Shown: positions 1 to 8,892, numbered from the stretch's first letter. The stretch is DNA of 64,000 bases from an uncultured virus (IMG/VR IMGVR_UViG_3300046003_004339) (IMGVR_UViG_3300046003_004339); one strand, 5' to 3'. Program-made: numbers and translations. Notes: generated by a model not told the origin, from the letters alone.

Positions 1-39
1 AGAATGAACTAAATTTATCAAATGTCAAACATAATCTGA

Positions 40-150
40 GATCAATCAAGCGCATCATACGCTAATTCTGCAATGCTTCACGGGCCAATCACGACCACAC
101 GTCCGCTAGGACACGGCTTCTCTCAATTGATCAAAAGAACAGTCACCTAA
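40..150 (-). ncRNA. candidate structured small RNA
   Basis: Downstream of a promoter copy (161-187) with no ATG at +1; boxA-like TGTTCTTTTGA; 11-bp closing stem GATCAATTGAG/CTTGATTGATC (122-132 with 40-50) around inner hairpins. Confidence 0.45.
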
Positions 151-182
151 CTCTTATTACTCTAACTACTTTTTATAATATG

Positions 183-563
183 TCAAGCCTTGACCAGAAT
201 ATATTTGACTCCATCCACCTCAACGACCTTGCCAGCGCAAGACGCTTGCTTGGGCTTGGTGTGAGCAAGAAACTGCTTCTGCGTCAGCTTCTTGCCATCC
301 ACATACCAAGCCTTGGTGCCAGTCGCCCATTCAATGGCAGGACCATCCTCACGATGATGCTTGCCATTCACATACCAAGACTTGTCGCCATTCGCATATT
401 CAATGGCAGGGCCGTCTTTGCGATGACGCTTGCCATCGTCATACCAATACTTGTCGCCATGCGCCCATTCAACGGCCGGGCCATTCTTGCGATGCAGCTT
501 GCCATCGCTGTTGCGCCACTCAATCGTTTTGTTGTCGTAAATCGTTACGGTGTAAGTTTCCAT
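183..563 (-). CDS. 23-aa HREDGPA (MORN-like) repeat protein, paralog 1 (3 repeats)
   Basis: xGKxHRxDGPAxExAxGxKxWY repeats; start set at METYTV by paralog alignment and promoter spacing. Confidence 0.85.
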   Translation of the reverse strand: METYTVTIYDNKTIEWRNSDGKLHRKNGPAVEWAHGDKYWYDDGKRHRKDGPAIEYANGDKSWYVNGKHHREDGPAIEWATGTKAWYVDGKKLTQKQFLAHTKPKQASCAGKVVEVDGVKYILVKA

Positions 564-595
564 GATGTAATAGTGAGTTAGATTTTTATGAAATG

Positions 596-1183
596 TCAAG
601 CCTTGACCAGAATATATTTGACGCCATCCACCTCAACGACCTTGCCAGCACAAGACGCTTGCTTGGGCTTGGTGTGAGCAAGAAACTGCTCGTGCGTCAG
701 GCGCTTGTCATTCACATACCAAAACTTGGTGCCATTCGCAGATTCAATGGCTGGGCCATCCTCACGGTGCAGCTTGCCATTCACAAACCACTCCTTGGTG
801 CCATTCGCACGTTCAATGGCAGGACCATCTTCACAGATCGGAATGCCATTCACAAACCAAGCCTTGGTGCCATCCGCCCATTCAACGGCTGGACCATCTT
901 CACGATGACGCTTGTCATTCACAAACCAAGCCTTGGTGCCATTCGCCCATTCAACGGCTGGACCATCTTCACGATGACGCTTGTCATTCACAAACCACTC
1001 CTTGCAGTCCATCGCCCATTCAGCGGCAGGGCCATCTTCACGATGACGCTTGTCATTCACATACCACTCCTTGGTGCCATCCGCACGTTCAATGGCGGGG
1101 CCATTCTTGCGATGACGCTTGCCTGCGCTGTTGCGCCACTCAATCGTTTTCTCGTCGTTGACCGTTACGGTGTAAGTTTCCAT
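596..1183 (-). CDS. HREDGPA repeat protein, paralog 2 (6 repeats)
   Basis: Same N- and C-termini as paralog 1, 69 aa (3 x 23) longer. Confidence 0.85.
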   Translation of the reverse strand: METYTVTVNDEKTIEWRNSAGKRHRKNGPAIERADGTKEWYVNDKRHREDGPAAEWAMDCKEWFVNDKRHREDGPAVEWANGTKAWFVNDKRHREDGPAVEWADGTKAWFVNGIPICEDGPAIERANGTKEWFVNGKLHREDGPAIESANGTKFWYVNDKRLTHEQFLAHTKPKQASCAGKVVEVDGVKYILVKA

Positions 1184-1221
1184 GATATGAATAGTGAATT
1201 AGTTTTTTATAAAAAGCAACA

Positions 1222-1602
1222 TTAAACTTCTACCAGTTTGTATTTTTTACCATCCACCTCAACGACCTTGCCAGCGCAAGACGCTTGCTTGGGCTTGGTG
1301 TGAGCAAGAAACTGCTCGTGCGTCAGCTTCTTGTCATTCAAATACCACTCCTTGTCGCCATTCGCATGTTCAATGGCAGGACCATTTTCACGATGGAACT
1401 TGTCATCGTCATACCAAAACTTGTCGCCATTCGCCCATTCAATGGCAGGGCCATCCTTGCGATGGCGCTTGCCATTCACAAACCAAGCCTTGGTGCCATT
1501 CGCATGTTCAATGGCAGGGCCGTCTTTGCGATGCAGCTTGCCATCGCTGTTGCACCACGCAATCGTTTTGTTGTCGTAAATCGTTACGGTGTAAGTTTCC
1601 AT
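1222..1602 (-). CDS. HREDGPA repeat protein, paralog 3 (3 repeats)
   Basis: Near-identical architecture to paralog 1. Confidence 0.85.
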   Translation of the reverse strand: METYTVTIYDNKTIAWCNSDGKLHRKDGPAIEHANGTKAWFVNGKRHRKDGPAIEWANGDKFWYDDDKFHRENGPAIEHANGDKEWYLNDKKLTHEQFLAHTKPKQASCAGKVVEVDGKKYKLVEV

Positions 1603-1623
1603 GATGTAATAGTGAGTTAGATT

Positions 1624-1824
1624 TTATGAATCTGCAAGACAATTTTCAATGTTTTCGTAAAAACCAACATCAAGCAAAGTGTTGCTGTCGGTGTCATAAT
1701 TCTTTTTGATCAACCGAATAAGTTTTGGATGCTTTTTCTTGATCTGCAACAGCAACTCTTTTCTATTCTTTCGGATAAGTTGCTGAACATCTTTGCGAGA
1801 TTCTTTGATTTCTTTGTGTTTCAT
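1624..1824 (-). CDS. hypothetical protein
   Basis: ORF in co-oriented run; MKHK start chosen to avoid overlap. Confidence 0.55.
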   Translation of the reverse strand: MKHKEIKESRKDVQQLIRKNRKELLLQIKKKHPKLIRLIKKNYDTDSNTLLDVGFYENIENCLADS

Positions 1825-1834
1825 AATTATAATT

Positions 1835-2050
1835 TTATCGTTGATTGTCAATCATGAACTGAACAGACTCCAATAATTCTGGGTCTACCTTGGTTCCATC
1901 TGAATATGTATAACCATACCACAGATATGATCCTTTTGACGATTTGCTAAGAGCCTTTGAATACTTTCGTTGTTTTTTTACTGCCGCCGCCACGCTAAGA
2001 TGGCGAGAGATGACACGATTGTTAAATGTGTCGGACAGAATAATTTTCAT
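1835..2050 (-). CDS. hypothetical protein
   Basis: ATG 35 nt from TTGACT. Confidence 0.7.
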   Translation of the reverse strand: MKIILSDTFNNRVISRHLSVAAAVKKQRKYSKALSKSSKGSYLWYGYTYSDGTKVDPELLESVQFMIDNQR

Positions 2051-2086
2051 GATATGAATAATGAACTACTTTTTATAAAAGTCAAG
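2050..2086 (-). promoter_or_regulatory. representative copy of the repeated sigma70-like early promoter TTGAC(A/T)TT(T/C)TATAAAAA-N-TAnnnT
   Basis: Plus-strand motif TTTTATA(A/G)AA(A/T)GTCAAG or close variants at 35 or more intergenic sites, mostly 0.1-14.6 kb and 38.9-53.8 kb. Confidence 0.85.
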
Positions 2087-2273
2087 AACTGTTTGCTTGG
2101 TCGATTGCCAAATTCATCATATCTCCCCAAAGAGCATCTGGAATATCTTTCGTGTCAAGATATTTGTCTTCAAATTGACCCAGAATATCTTTCATCATAG
2201 ATGCTTCACGATTGGTCGCATCGCTACCCATCAATTGCCTAACATCGTAGTTTTTTATGTCTTTAAGTTTCAT
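2082..2273 (-). CDS. hypothetical protein
   Basis: TGA stop lies inside the next promoter -35 box. Confidence 0.65.
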   Translation of the reverse strand: MKLKDIKNYDVRQLMGSDATNREASMMKDILGQFEDKYLDTKDIPDALWGDMMNLAIDQANSS

Positions 2274-2294
2274 TTGAAATAAGTTATTAAGTTT

Positions 2295-2585
2295 TTACAC
2301 GGACCTTGACTTGCGATATTCTTCGGCCAGTTCCCGTTCAAGGGTAACAATGTCTTGCTCAACTCGTGGTTTGCGCACAAACAGTTTTGCGCGTTCGGAT
2401 CGCAAATTTGCAATCTTATCAACCAACCATTCGGGTTGGTGGCTTGCTCCATTTACTTTGGGAGTCCACGTTTCAAGCTGCGCACCAATCTCCGCAACAC
2501 GTTCATCAATATCGTGGATGCCTTCACGACGACTGGCAATTTTGCGACGCAGGTTTGCTCTGACAAAATATTCTACAATGTTCAT
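2295..2585 (-). CDS. hypothetical coiled-coil protein
   Basis: MNIVEY start 35 nt from promoter. Confidence 0.7.
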   Translation of the reverse strand: MNIVEYFVRANLRRKIASRREGIHDIDERVAEIGAQLETWTPKVNGASHQPEWLVDKIANLRSERAKLFVRKPRVEQDIVTLERELAEEYRKSRSV

Positions 2586-2616
2586 ATGAGTCAAGCTATG
2601 AAGTTTTTATAAAATA

Positions 2617-3099
2617 TCAAGAAGTTTTGTAAAGTTTCGCCGCTTTTCCGCGCTGTCCTTCAACGCGTGCAACTTCGCCCGCGACTTCCAAATTGTCACG
2701 GCAATAGTTTGCAGCGTATTGGTAAGGAATTTCATTGAAGTCTGCCAACTGTTGTGCAGTGAATGAACCGACCGGAAACTTCAAGTCTTCCATGAGATTC
2801 TTATACTTACCACGGGGAGCGCGGTCCGTCTCAGGATTGAATGACATGCTTGCAACGGTCACAGTTGCCCGTCCTGTGTCTTTTGCCACAAACACGCTGA
2901 CTTCGTGTTGAAAGCTTGACATAACAGCCGGAGACTTGCAACTGATAATGACCTCGCCACAATCGCGACCATAAACGGTAGAACCGCTTGGAGCAATTCG
3001 TTTGATTACAACTCCTTGCATGTCGGCGATTCCAGAAATGTCAACCGTTTGACCTTCGGAAAAATCTTGCAAATCTCGGACTTCGGTGGTGGTGAACAT
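2617..3099 (-). CDS. hypothetical protein, possible C-terminal winged HTH
   Basis: FTAQQLADF...GQRGKAAKLY; own promoter. Confidence 0.7.
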   Translation of the reverse strand: MFTTTEVRDLQDFSEGQTVDISGIADMQGVVIKRIAPSGSTVYGRDCGEVIISCKSPAVMSSFQHEVSVFVAKDTGRATVTVASMSFNPETDRAPRGKYKNLMEDLKFPVGSFTAQQLADFNEIPYQYAANYCRDNLEVAGEVARVEGQRGKAAKLYKTS

Positions 3100-3173
3100 A
3101 GGTAATAGAATGTTGAAGTTTTATAAAAAGTCAATCCTATTTTTTAATTGCGCAAAAAAAAATTGTGAAACGT

Positions 3174-3425
3174 CTAGTATTTTTGTCCAACAACCAATTT
3201 ATCAAAACTTGGTACTTCAATACCATACTGTGTTAAAGTTTCGCGTGAAAGAGTTGAGTCCTCTACGTGTGGTCCAATTTGTTTTAGAGCATTAAACAAT
3301 TCAATTTTTTTATTGCGATATTCCATCGCGCCGATATATACAACACTTGGATTGGTTGATTTAACTGTTTCATTTGCAACCTTGAATTTATTTTCGCCGA
3401 TATTATTGAAGATTTTATTTTCCAT
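3174..3425 (-). CDS. hypothetical protein
   Basis: ORF preceded by ATACTTAT motif. Confidence 0.6.
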   Translation of the reverse strand: MENKIFNNIGENKFKVANETVKSTNPSVVYIGAMEYRNKKIELFNALKQIGPHVEDSTLSRETLTQYGIEVPSFDKLVVGQKY

Positions 3426-3475
3426 GATGATAATAAGTATCATCAATTTTATAAAATGCCAAGGTGTAATTAATT

Positions 3476-3655
3476 TTAATCAAACAACCCGGCTTGCCAA
3501 TACAGCACAATTATGGCCGCACTTGCAAGGAGAGAAGAAACCGCCCCCCAAAATCCACCCGGCTCTTTTGCTTCAACTCCATTGAAATCACGATACAAGT
3601 TAACAAAAAACCCGAGGGCGGCTAAAGCGAGAAGAATAATTACTGAGATTTTCAT
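3476..3655 (-). CDS. small two-TM membrane protein (59 aa, below ORF-track cutoff)
   Basis: MKISVIILLALAALGFFVNL...AIIVLYWQAGLFD; ATG 35 nt from TTGACA. Confidence 0.65.
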   Translation of the reverse strand: MKISVIILLALAALGFFVNLYRDFNGVEAKEPGGFWGAVSSLLASAAIIVLYWQAGLFD

Positions 3656-3699
3656 GTGGTGAGAGTGTTGGAGTTTTTATAAAATGTCAATGAAAAAAG

Positions 3700-3773
3700 T
3701 GGTAGGAGGTGAGGGATTCGAACCCCCAACAAGCGCCTATAAAGCACCAGTTTTACCATTAAACTAACCTCCC
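3700..3773 (-). tRNA. tRNA-Ile(UAU)
   Basis: Acceptor GGGAGGT/ACCTCCT, anticodon arm GGTGC-TT TAT AG-GCGCT, TTCGAAT T-loop, encoded CCA. Confidence 0.88.
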
Positions 3774-3780
3774 ACGAAAG

Positions 3781-3975
3781 TTAGTTCAAACAAACAGCAT
3801 TGACTTTAGCTTCTTCACTATTGTCAAAATTGGCACCATCAAAATTCCCAACGGCGGGACCAAACTGAACAGAAGAAAAATTATTTCCTTCGTCGTCTGC
3901 GGCATAAATCACTTTGGCATTTGGATGATCTTTGGCAATTTCTTGAAGCTTTGTGATGTAATCTTTGAGTTTCAT
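3781..3975 (-). CDS. conserved phage hypothetical protein
   Basis: VIYAADDEGNNF motif. Confidence 0.7.
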   Translation of the reverse strand: MKLKDYITKLQEIAKDHPNAKVIYAADDEGNNFSSVQFGPAVGNFDGANFDNSEEAKVNAVCLN

Positions 3976-3995
3976 GTTATTAGAGAGTTGGAGTT

Positions 3996-4193
3996 TTATC
4001 GGAAGATATATTCTTTGTCCCGCGCTTTGTTATGTTTCTTTTCTTGCTCGGGAGTTTCCCATTGCGCACCATCGGCGTCAACATCATTCCACACCGTTCC
4101 GTCAAATTGTTGTAAGACTTTGGTATAATCGACGTGACGTTGCTTGTCAAGCCGTTTGACATACCGAAGTTGGGCGATAAATGGAGGTTTCAT
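3996..4193 (-). CDS. hypothetical protein
   Basis: ORF with upstream TTGCAC promoter variant. Confidence 0.6.
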   Translation of the reverse strand: MKPPFIAQLRYVKRLDKQRHVDYTKVLQQFDGTVWNDVDADGAQWETPEQEKKHNKARDKEYIFR

Positions 4194-4235
4194 GTTATTA
4201 GTATTCAGACTTTTTTTAATTGTGCAAGAAAAAAA

Positions 4236-4266
4236 TGGTGCGAGGACCGGGAATCGAACCCCCGAC
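4236..4266 (-). pseudogene. tRNA 3-prime remnant (T-arm, acceptor strand, CCA)
   Basis: GGGGGTTCGATTCCCGGTCCTCGCACCA; T-stem partly mismatched; no 5-prime half seen nearby. Confidence 0.6.
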
Positions 4267-4321
4267 TTTATTTATTTGATCTAGTTGATTGTTTGGAGTT
4301 CAAGTCAGATACTTATTGAAT

Positions 4322-5149
4322 ATGAAACACACTGAAGAGACAAGAAAAAAGATGTCAGAAAAAAGAAAAGAATGGCTGAAAGCAAATCCAGATAAACACG
4401 TTTGGAAGCGGCATTCAAAGTTTAAATCAGTTCCTTGTGAAAAAGTAAAGCAGTTTATTTTGGATAATGGAATAAGATTTCTACCAGAGTTTACACCGTT
4501 AACCGACAGAGCATTTGCTGTTGACATTGCATTTCCAGAAAAGATGGTGTGTGTTGAAGTGAACGGCAATCAACACTACGATGCTTCTGGGAAGCTAAAA
4601 CCATACTATCAAGAAAAACACGATTTATTAACTGCCACTGGTTGGAAAGTGGTTGAGATACATTATTCACTTTGCTACAACACGGAATACATTTCCAACC
4701 TAGTATCCACAATAAAAAGCATTCCAGTATTGAACGATTTTGATTATGATGTTTGGGAAAGTGGCGGGTCTACCGGTATTCGAAACCGGAATAATTCTTT
4801 AGAAGAGAATTGTGATATCCAATTTCACCATAGACCCTTGGATAAGTTTCAGTATGAAGTATATATACCAATTAACAAGAAAAAAGAGAAGAAAAAATGC
4901 TTGGATTGTGGCAAAGAAATAAGTTATTACAAAAGTAAAAGATGTAGGAGTTGTGCGTCAAAATGTCAACCAAAAGTTAAACTACCAGAAAAGGGTGAAC
5001 TTCAAAGAATGGTTTATGAAACTCCATTATGGAAACTTGGACCTCAATTTGGTTTATCAGATGTTGGACTAAAAAAGAGATGTTTGGGAATGGGAATAAT
5101 TATCCCAAACAATTCTTATCGCTTAAAAAAGCATTTCGATAAATTATAA
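4322..5149 (+). CDS. DUF559/Vsr-like putative homing endonuclease with NUMOD3-like N-terminus and Zn-ribbon/HTH C-terminus
   Basis: KHTEETRKKMSE; FAVDIAFP..VEVNGNQHY; CLDC..CRSC; LGPQFGLSDVGLKKRC. Confidence 0.75.
   Translation: MKHTEETRKKMSEKRKEWLKANPDKHVWKRHSKFKSVPCEKVKQFILDNGIRFLPEFTPLTDRAFAVDIAFPEKMVCVEVNGNQHYDASGKLKPYYQEKHDLLTATGWKVVEIHYSLCYNTEYISNLVSTIKSIPVLNDFDYDVWESGGSTGIRNRNNSLEENCDIQFHHRPLDKFQYEVYIPINKKKEKKKCLDCGKEISYYKSKRCRSCASKCQPKVKLPEKGELQRMVYETPLWKLGPQFGLSDVGLKKRCLGMGIIIPNNSYRLKKHFDKL
4762..4837 (-). tRNA. tRNA-Arg(UCU), nested antisense inside the endonuclease ORF
   Basis: GGGTCTA/TAGACCC acceptor, GTGA/TCAC D-stem, ATTCT-CT TCT AA-AGAAT, CCGGT-TTCGAAT-ACCGG, CCA. Confidence 0.88.
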
Positions 5150-5154
5150 AAAAG

Positions 5155-5331
5155 TCAATTCTTTTTTTGAAAGAAAAACGTAGCAATGTAGATAATAGTA
5201 AATGCCACAAATCCGCCGAAATCTACACCAGAAGGACTTGTTCCGTTGATTACAAACTTAAAAGTAGGCACGATAATCCATCCAATGCAAAATGCGATAA
5301 TAAATGGGCGAAATTCGTCGATTGTTTTCAT
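5155..5331 (-). CDS. small two-TM membrane protein (58 aa)
   Basis: MKTIDEFRPFIIAFCIGWIIV...FVAFTIIYIATFFFQKKN. Confidence 0.55.
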   Translation of the reverse strand: MKTIDEFRPFIIAFCIGWIIVPTFKFVINGTSPSGVDFGGFVAFTIIYIATFFFQKKN

Positions 5332-5372
5332 ATTAGTTTGGTGTAGTAGAAGAATTTAGTTTCTGTTCAATG

Positions 5373-6065
5373 TTAAACAGAAATCACGAATCCGGTAGAA
5401 TCTTTTTTACCTTTACCCTTGGCTTTGAGTCCGACGACGACGTTTTTTTCGTCATTGAAACGCAAATCACTTTCGTCGCCGTCAATGACCTTGTAACCAT
5501 TCCATTTCTCGGGAAGCTTGCCACCGAAAACCGCCGCAACGTTTCCGCCGTTGGCAAGAACATTCAGAGCAGAAGTTTCGTTGCTTTCGCTACGAGAGAA
5601 AGTCAAATGATAATTTTTGGGAAGCTTGCCAAGGGCGAAATCCACGGCGCGACTTGCGGACTTTGTATAGTCATAGAATTGCACGTCGGAGAACTTGTCG
5701 AAAATTCCAAGACGTTCCCAAGGAACATCCGAGGTGCCGTTCAAGCGAACGCAAACCTTCTTTTCCTCTTTCGCCCCATTCTTAATGAGGTTGGAAATGT
5801 CTTGGAAAATGGTTTCAAGAAACTTGGCTTTGTCGGTGAAGAAAAGACGAGTCTTGCGAATACGAGCTTGCTTGACATTGCTCATTGCACCGCGGCCAGC
5901 GGTATAAAGACACGATGCCAAGCAACCAGCCGAGGCATTTGGGCAGAGGTTGCCAAAACCAGCTTCGTTTGCGGGAGCAAGATAAAGGATACCGGTGAGG
6001 TAACCGAACTTTTCACCTTTGACGGTCTTTGCATCGGTGCCAACAGAGAGAAGATTAAGTTTCAT
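5373..6065 (-). CDS. Gp88-like phage protein (Cys-rich, radical-SAM-like)
   Basis: CPNASAGCLASCL, RLNGTSD, QFYDYTK, NYHLTFS, DGDESDLRF, VVGLKAKG. Confidence 0.8.
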   Translation of the reverse strand: MKLNLLSVGTDAKTVKGEKFGYLTGILYLAPANEAGFGNLCPNASAGCLASCLYTAGRGAMSNVKQARIRKTRLFFTDKAKFLETIFQDISNLIKNGAKEEKKVCVRLNGTSDVPWERLGIFDKFSDVQFYDYTKSASRAVDFALGKLPKNYHLTFSRSESNETSALNVLANGGNVAAVFGGKLPEKWNGYKVIDGDESDLRFNDEKNVVVGLKAKGKGKKDSTGFVISV

Positions 6066-6120
6066 GTGATAACCCTATTCGATTTTTTATAGAAAGCGAG
6101 ACTTATTTTTAATTTCTCGA

Positions 6121-6468
6121 TTAAATCTTTGCAAGAATCAATCGACCAAAGATGTGTGCAACATCCGCTGTTTTGATACCAACTTCGTCATTTTTCTTGA
6201 CAAAGGTATTATATTTGTAGGGGTTGTAGGTGATCGTTTGAAGATTGTCAACAGAATCTTCTGGATTGTTTTCCAATGCAACAAGTTCACCGCGCACAAA
6301 GGCGTGAACATTCTTGCGTTTTTCACGAAGCACACGCTGACGCCCAGCTTCGCTCACCACAAACGTAGGGTTGACGATCTTCACATAATTGCTGTGATGA
6401 ATCACCCTGCCTTTGTGGCGAACACTCAGCAGTTTCTTATGCAGATTGAAATATACGTCAACTTTCAT
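6121..6468 (-). CDS. conserved phage hypothetical protein
   Basis: VYFNLHK..SVR, FVVSEAGRQRVLREKRKNVHAFVRG, TYNPYK. Confidence 0.8.
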   Translation of the reverse strand: MKVDVYFNLHKKLLSVRHKGRVIHHSNYVKIVNPTFVVSEAGRQRVLREKRKNVHAFVRGELVALENNPEDSVDNLQTITYNPYKYNTFVKKNDEVGIKTADVAHIFGRLILAKI

Positions 6469-6731
6469 GTGAGTTAACGTATTTAAATTTTATAATAAGT
6501 CAAGTATTTTTCTTGTTGATGTCTCGTTTTTCTAACACAAGTTTTGTTTTATTTTCTGGATTTATCTTGACGTAAGCAGGAGTCGATTTAACGACGGATA
6601 TGGTGGGGTGGTTACTGATGAACGAAAACCCCGATGAATTAGATACTTTCATGGGAAAAAAAAGATTGCTACTTGAATAAATAGTAATATTTTTTATTAT
6701 GTCAAAACAAAACTGAAAAGATTTTTATTTT

Positions 6732-7217
6732 CTACGCAAGCTCCAAATTCTTTTTCCAGTTTGGAAGTTCGTGATGAAAAATGATTGCGTCCTTCACGAT
6801 AAATTGTTTGTTGAACTTTTGAGCAACTGCACTGATAGGTTCCTCGCGATGACTGTTGCCGTCATAGATCATGCCGTTGGCTAGCAGCACAGCGTGATGG
6901 CTGTTGCTTGGACGACCCCGCACACCTTGATTGACAAAGTGGCAACCAAGATAGATGGGCCAACGATATGAGTTAAGCTCCAACCACCACAAATGATTCC
7001 CAGAGTCAACGTCAAGATGAATATGATTGCACTCTACGCTTTCTTTGCGCAGAGCGGCAACAAGAATCGAGACATATGTTCCTTTATTCTTCTTGCACTC
7101 TACCAAGTTCTCCAAGTTCTCCAGCGATGTGTCAAGGATGCAAGATAAGGCAACTGGGCCGCAGTTGTATGCGCCCAGTTGGTGATAGTGTCGGATGTTT
7201 TGGCGATAGTTTAGCAT
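6732..7217 (-). CDS. peptidase C39-like cysteine protease domain protein
   Basis: Q..YNCGPVALS with HAVLL..IYD spacing. Confidence 0.65.
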   Translation of the reverse strand: MLNYRQNIRHYHQLGAYNCGPVALSCILDTSLENLENLVECKKNKGTYVSILVAALRKESVECNHIHLDVDSGNHLWWLELNSYRWPIYLGCHFVNQGVRGRPSNSHHAVLLANGMIYDGNSHREEPISAVAQKFNKQFIVKDAIIFHHELPNWKKNLELA

Positions 7218-7930
7218 GTGAGTGGACGGCTGATGTTCATTGAACGCCCCACTGAATATCCATCTGTTGCAACTGTCGAGTTAGAAAAGTTTCGGATATT
7301 AACTTTCGCGCTTGACAAGCGTGAATAAGTTTTATTGACGAACTGCTGAACTGCTGCCGCTTTGTTTGATACTACCAAGCCATATCGAACCTTGGTGTCG
7401 GCAACCGTATCTTGTGGAAGAGTGTTGAACTTGTTTTGTTCCGCCGTCGCCTTAGCTTCGGTCAGTTTGCTGTCAAGTCCACGCCAAAGATTATACATAA
7501 ACGTGTCCTTCATCGCCACAGTCAAGCTATTGCTTTTCTTGTAATACTCCCAACGCCGCTGCATATCTTCCTGCACAAACTCGTTGACGAACTTGGCAAA
7601 CTCAACGTCTTTCTTGTCACCAAGAAGATTGACGCTGCGACCATAATAACGACCACCCGAATACACAACATGAACGTTGAAGTGCTTGTTGAGTAGCCAA
7701 GATGCATACTTTTGCAGCGAGGGCAGACGCTTGCCGTTGAAGGCAGTCTCTTGAACCATTTCCAACTTTTCAGCCTCGCTGTCAGCTTTTACGCTAACCA
7801 TCGCAAGGTCGATGCCAGCTTCCGCTGCCATAGCGGTAGCCTTTTGAAGAGCAAGTTCAGCTTCATTGATGTTGCTGGACTTGGACAGGTTGAGGAGCTT
7901 TTTGAGCTTGTTGAGCAGTTGTTCGTTCAT
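7211..7930 (-). CDS. DUF2786-domain protein
   Basis: N-terminal KLKKLLNLSKSSNINEAELALQKA. Confidence 0.75.
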   Translation of the reverse strand: MNEQLLNKLKKLLNLSKSSNINEAELALQKATAMAAEAGIDLAMVSVKADSEAEKLEMVQETAFNGKRLPSLQKYASWLLNKHFNVHVVYSGGRYYGRSVNLLGDKKDVEFAKFVNEFVQEDMQRRWEYYKKSNSLTVAMKDTFMYNLWRGLDSKLTEAKATAEQNKFNTLPQDTVADTKVRYGLVVSNKAAAVQQFVNKTYSRLSSAKVNIRNFSNSTVATDGYSVGRSMNISRPLTC

Positions 7931-7984
7931 GGTGGTGATTGATTACGAAACAGAAGGTGGCAGAGTTTTTATAAATTGCAAGAC

Positions 7985-8179
7985 TTATTTTTTAATTCGT
8001 TTCATGTTTTTAATGTCTTGTTCCATTCTCCAACGAGCACAGTTTAAAACGCAACAAGGAATCAATATGCCAAACGAAACCAACAAAATGATTCCGTCGG
8101 CAAAATGTGCAAATCCTTGCAACCACAATCTGGTTTGTTTGTCGATGGAAGGTTGACGATGAAAGGTGAATAATTTCAT
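7985..8179 (-). CDS. hypothetical protein
   Basis: ORF with own promoter copy. Confidence 0.6.
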   Translation of the reverse strand: MKLFTFHRQPSIDKQTRLWLQGFAHFADGIILLVSFGILIPCCVLNCARWRMEQDIKNMKRIKK

Positions 8180-8216
8180 GTCTCTAACTTATTCCACTTT
8201 TTATAGAAAGCAAGAC

Positions 8217-8453
8217 TTATTTTACAGAGTAGGGAGGAGTATAAGGATTCTTTTCGGTTACAAAACTGGAATTATTGTAGCAACGAGCATGATATTCGTT
8301 GTAAAGCTTTTTCATTTCGTCAGTTCCATTTTCAAGCGCACCGTAAATTTGAGCACTTTCACGCTCACCACGAACCCACACACTGTGGTCATCGCTAAAG
8401 TTGTAGAACCAATCGTGATTGTCGAGAAGTTTCTTGAAGTCTTGGAGTTTCAT
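8217..8453 (-). CDS. conserved phage hypothetical protein
   Basis: HDWFYNFSDDHSVW.RG; MKLQ start 36 nt from TTGACA. Confidence 0.7.
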   Translation of the reverse strand: MKLQDFKKLLDNHDWFYNFSDDHSVWVRGERESAQIYGALENGTDEMKKLYNEYHARCYNNSSFVTEKNPYTPPYSVK

Positions 8454-8490
8454 AATTAAATATCTTGGATACTTTTTATAGAATGTCAAC

Positions 8491-8522
8491 AAAAAAGGCT
8501 ACATATCATAAATATGCAGCCT
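8491..8522 (-). terminator. intrinsic terminator
   Basis: AGGCTGCATAT/ATATGTAGCCT hairpin then T-run on minus strand. Confidence 0.6.
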
Positions 8523-8544
8523 CGTTGAAAGTCAAGAAAAAACT

Positions 8545-8892
8545 TTAATCTATTTGCGCGTCTTGCAAATGTTGCCGAACGTATTCAGCATCCTGTTCTG
8601 ACAGTTCAAGGTCTTGAATGTCTTGTTCACTCAAGTTTTGATTGGCGCAGGAAATCACTTCCCGGATGATTTCAAACGAACCATCCATGTATTCGGGATC
8701 GGTAGGAAGCGAAGCCTCATCGGCCTTTTCGATTGCTTCCGCCAAACTGTCAGCTTCGATTTCCATTGTGGCCATTACAGACCATGACACGGGAATTTTA
8801 TATGTTTTCATTTTGTTTTGTTTAGTGTTGATTAAGAAAATGTTCCGAACAGTTTTGGCGTCGGTTCCAACGGAGAGAAGAGTAAGTTTCAT
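8545..8892 (-). CDS. hypothetical protein whose first 15 codons duplicate the Gp88-like N-terminus (alternative start 8811)
   Basis: MKLTLLSVGTDAKTV versus MKLNLLSVGTDAKTV. Confidence 0.65.
   Translation of the reverse strand: MKLTLLSVGTDAKTVRNIFLINTKQNKMKTYKIPVSWSVMATMEIEADSLAEAIEKADEASLPTDPEYMDGSFEIIREVISCANQNLSEQDIQDLELSEQDAEYVRQHLQDAQID

Noticed and set aside
180..1620. Long plus-strand ORFs opposite the HREDGPA genes (also 38641-39324)
   Set aside because: Antisense shadows of repetitive coding sequence; promoters and motifs support the minus strand
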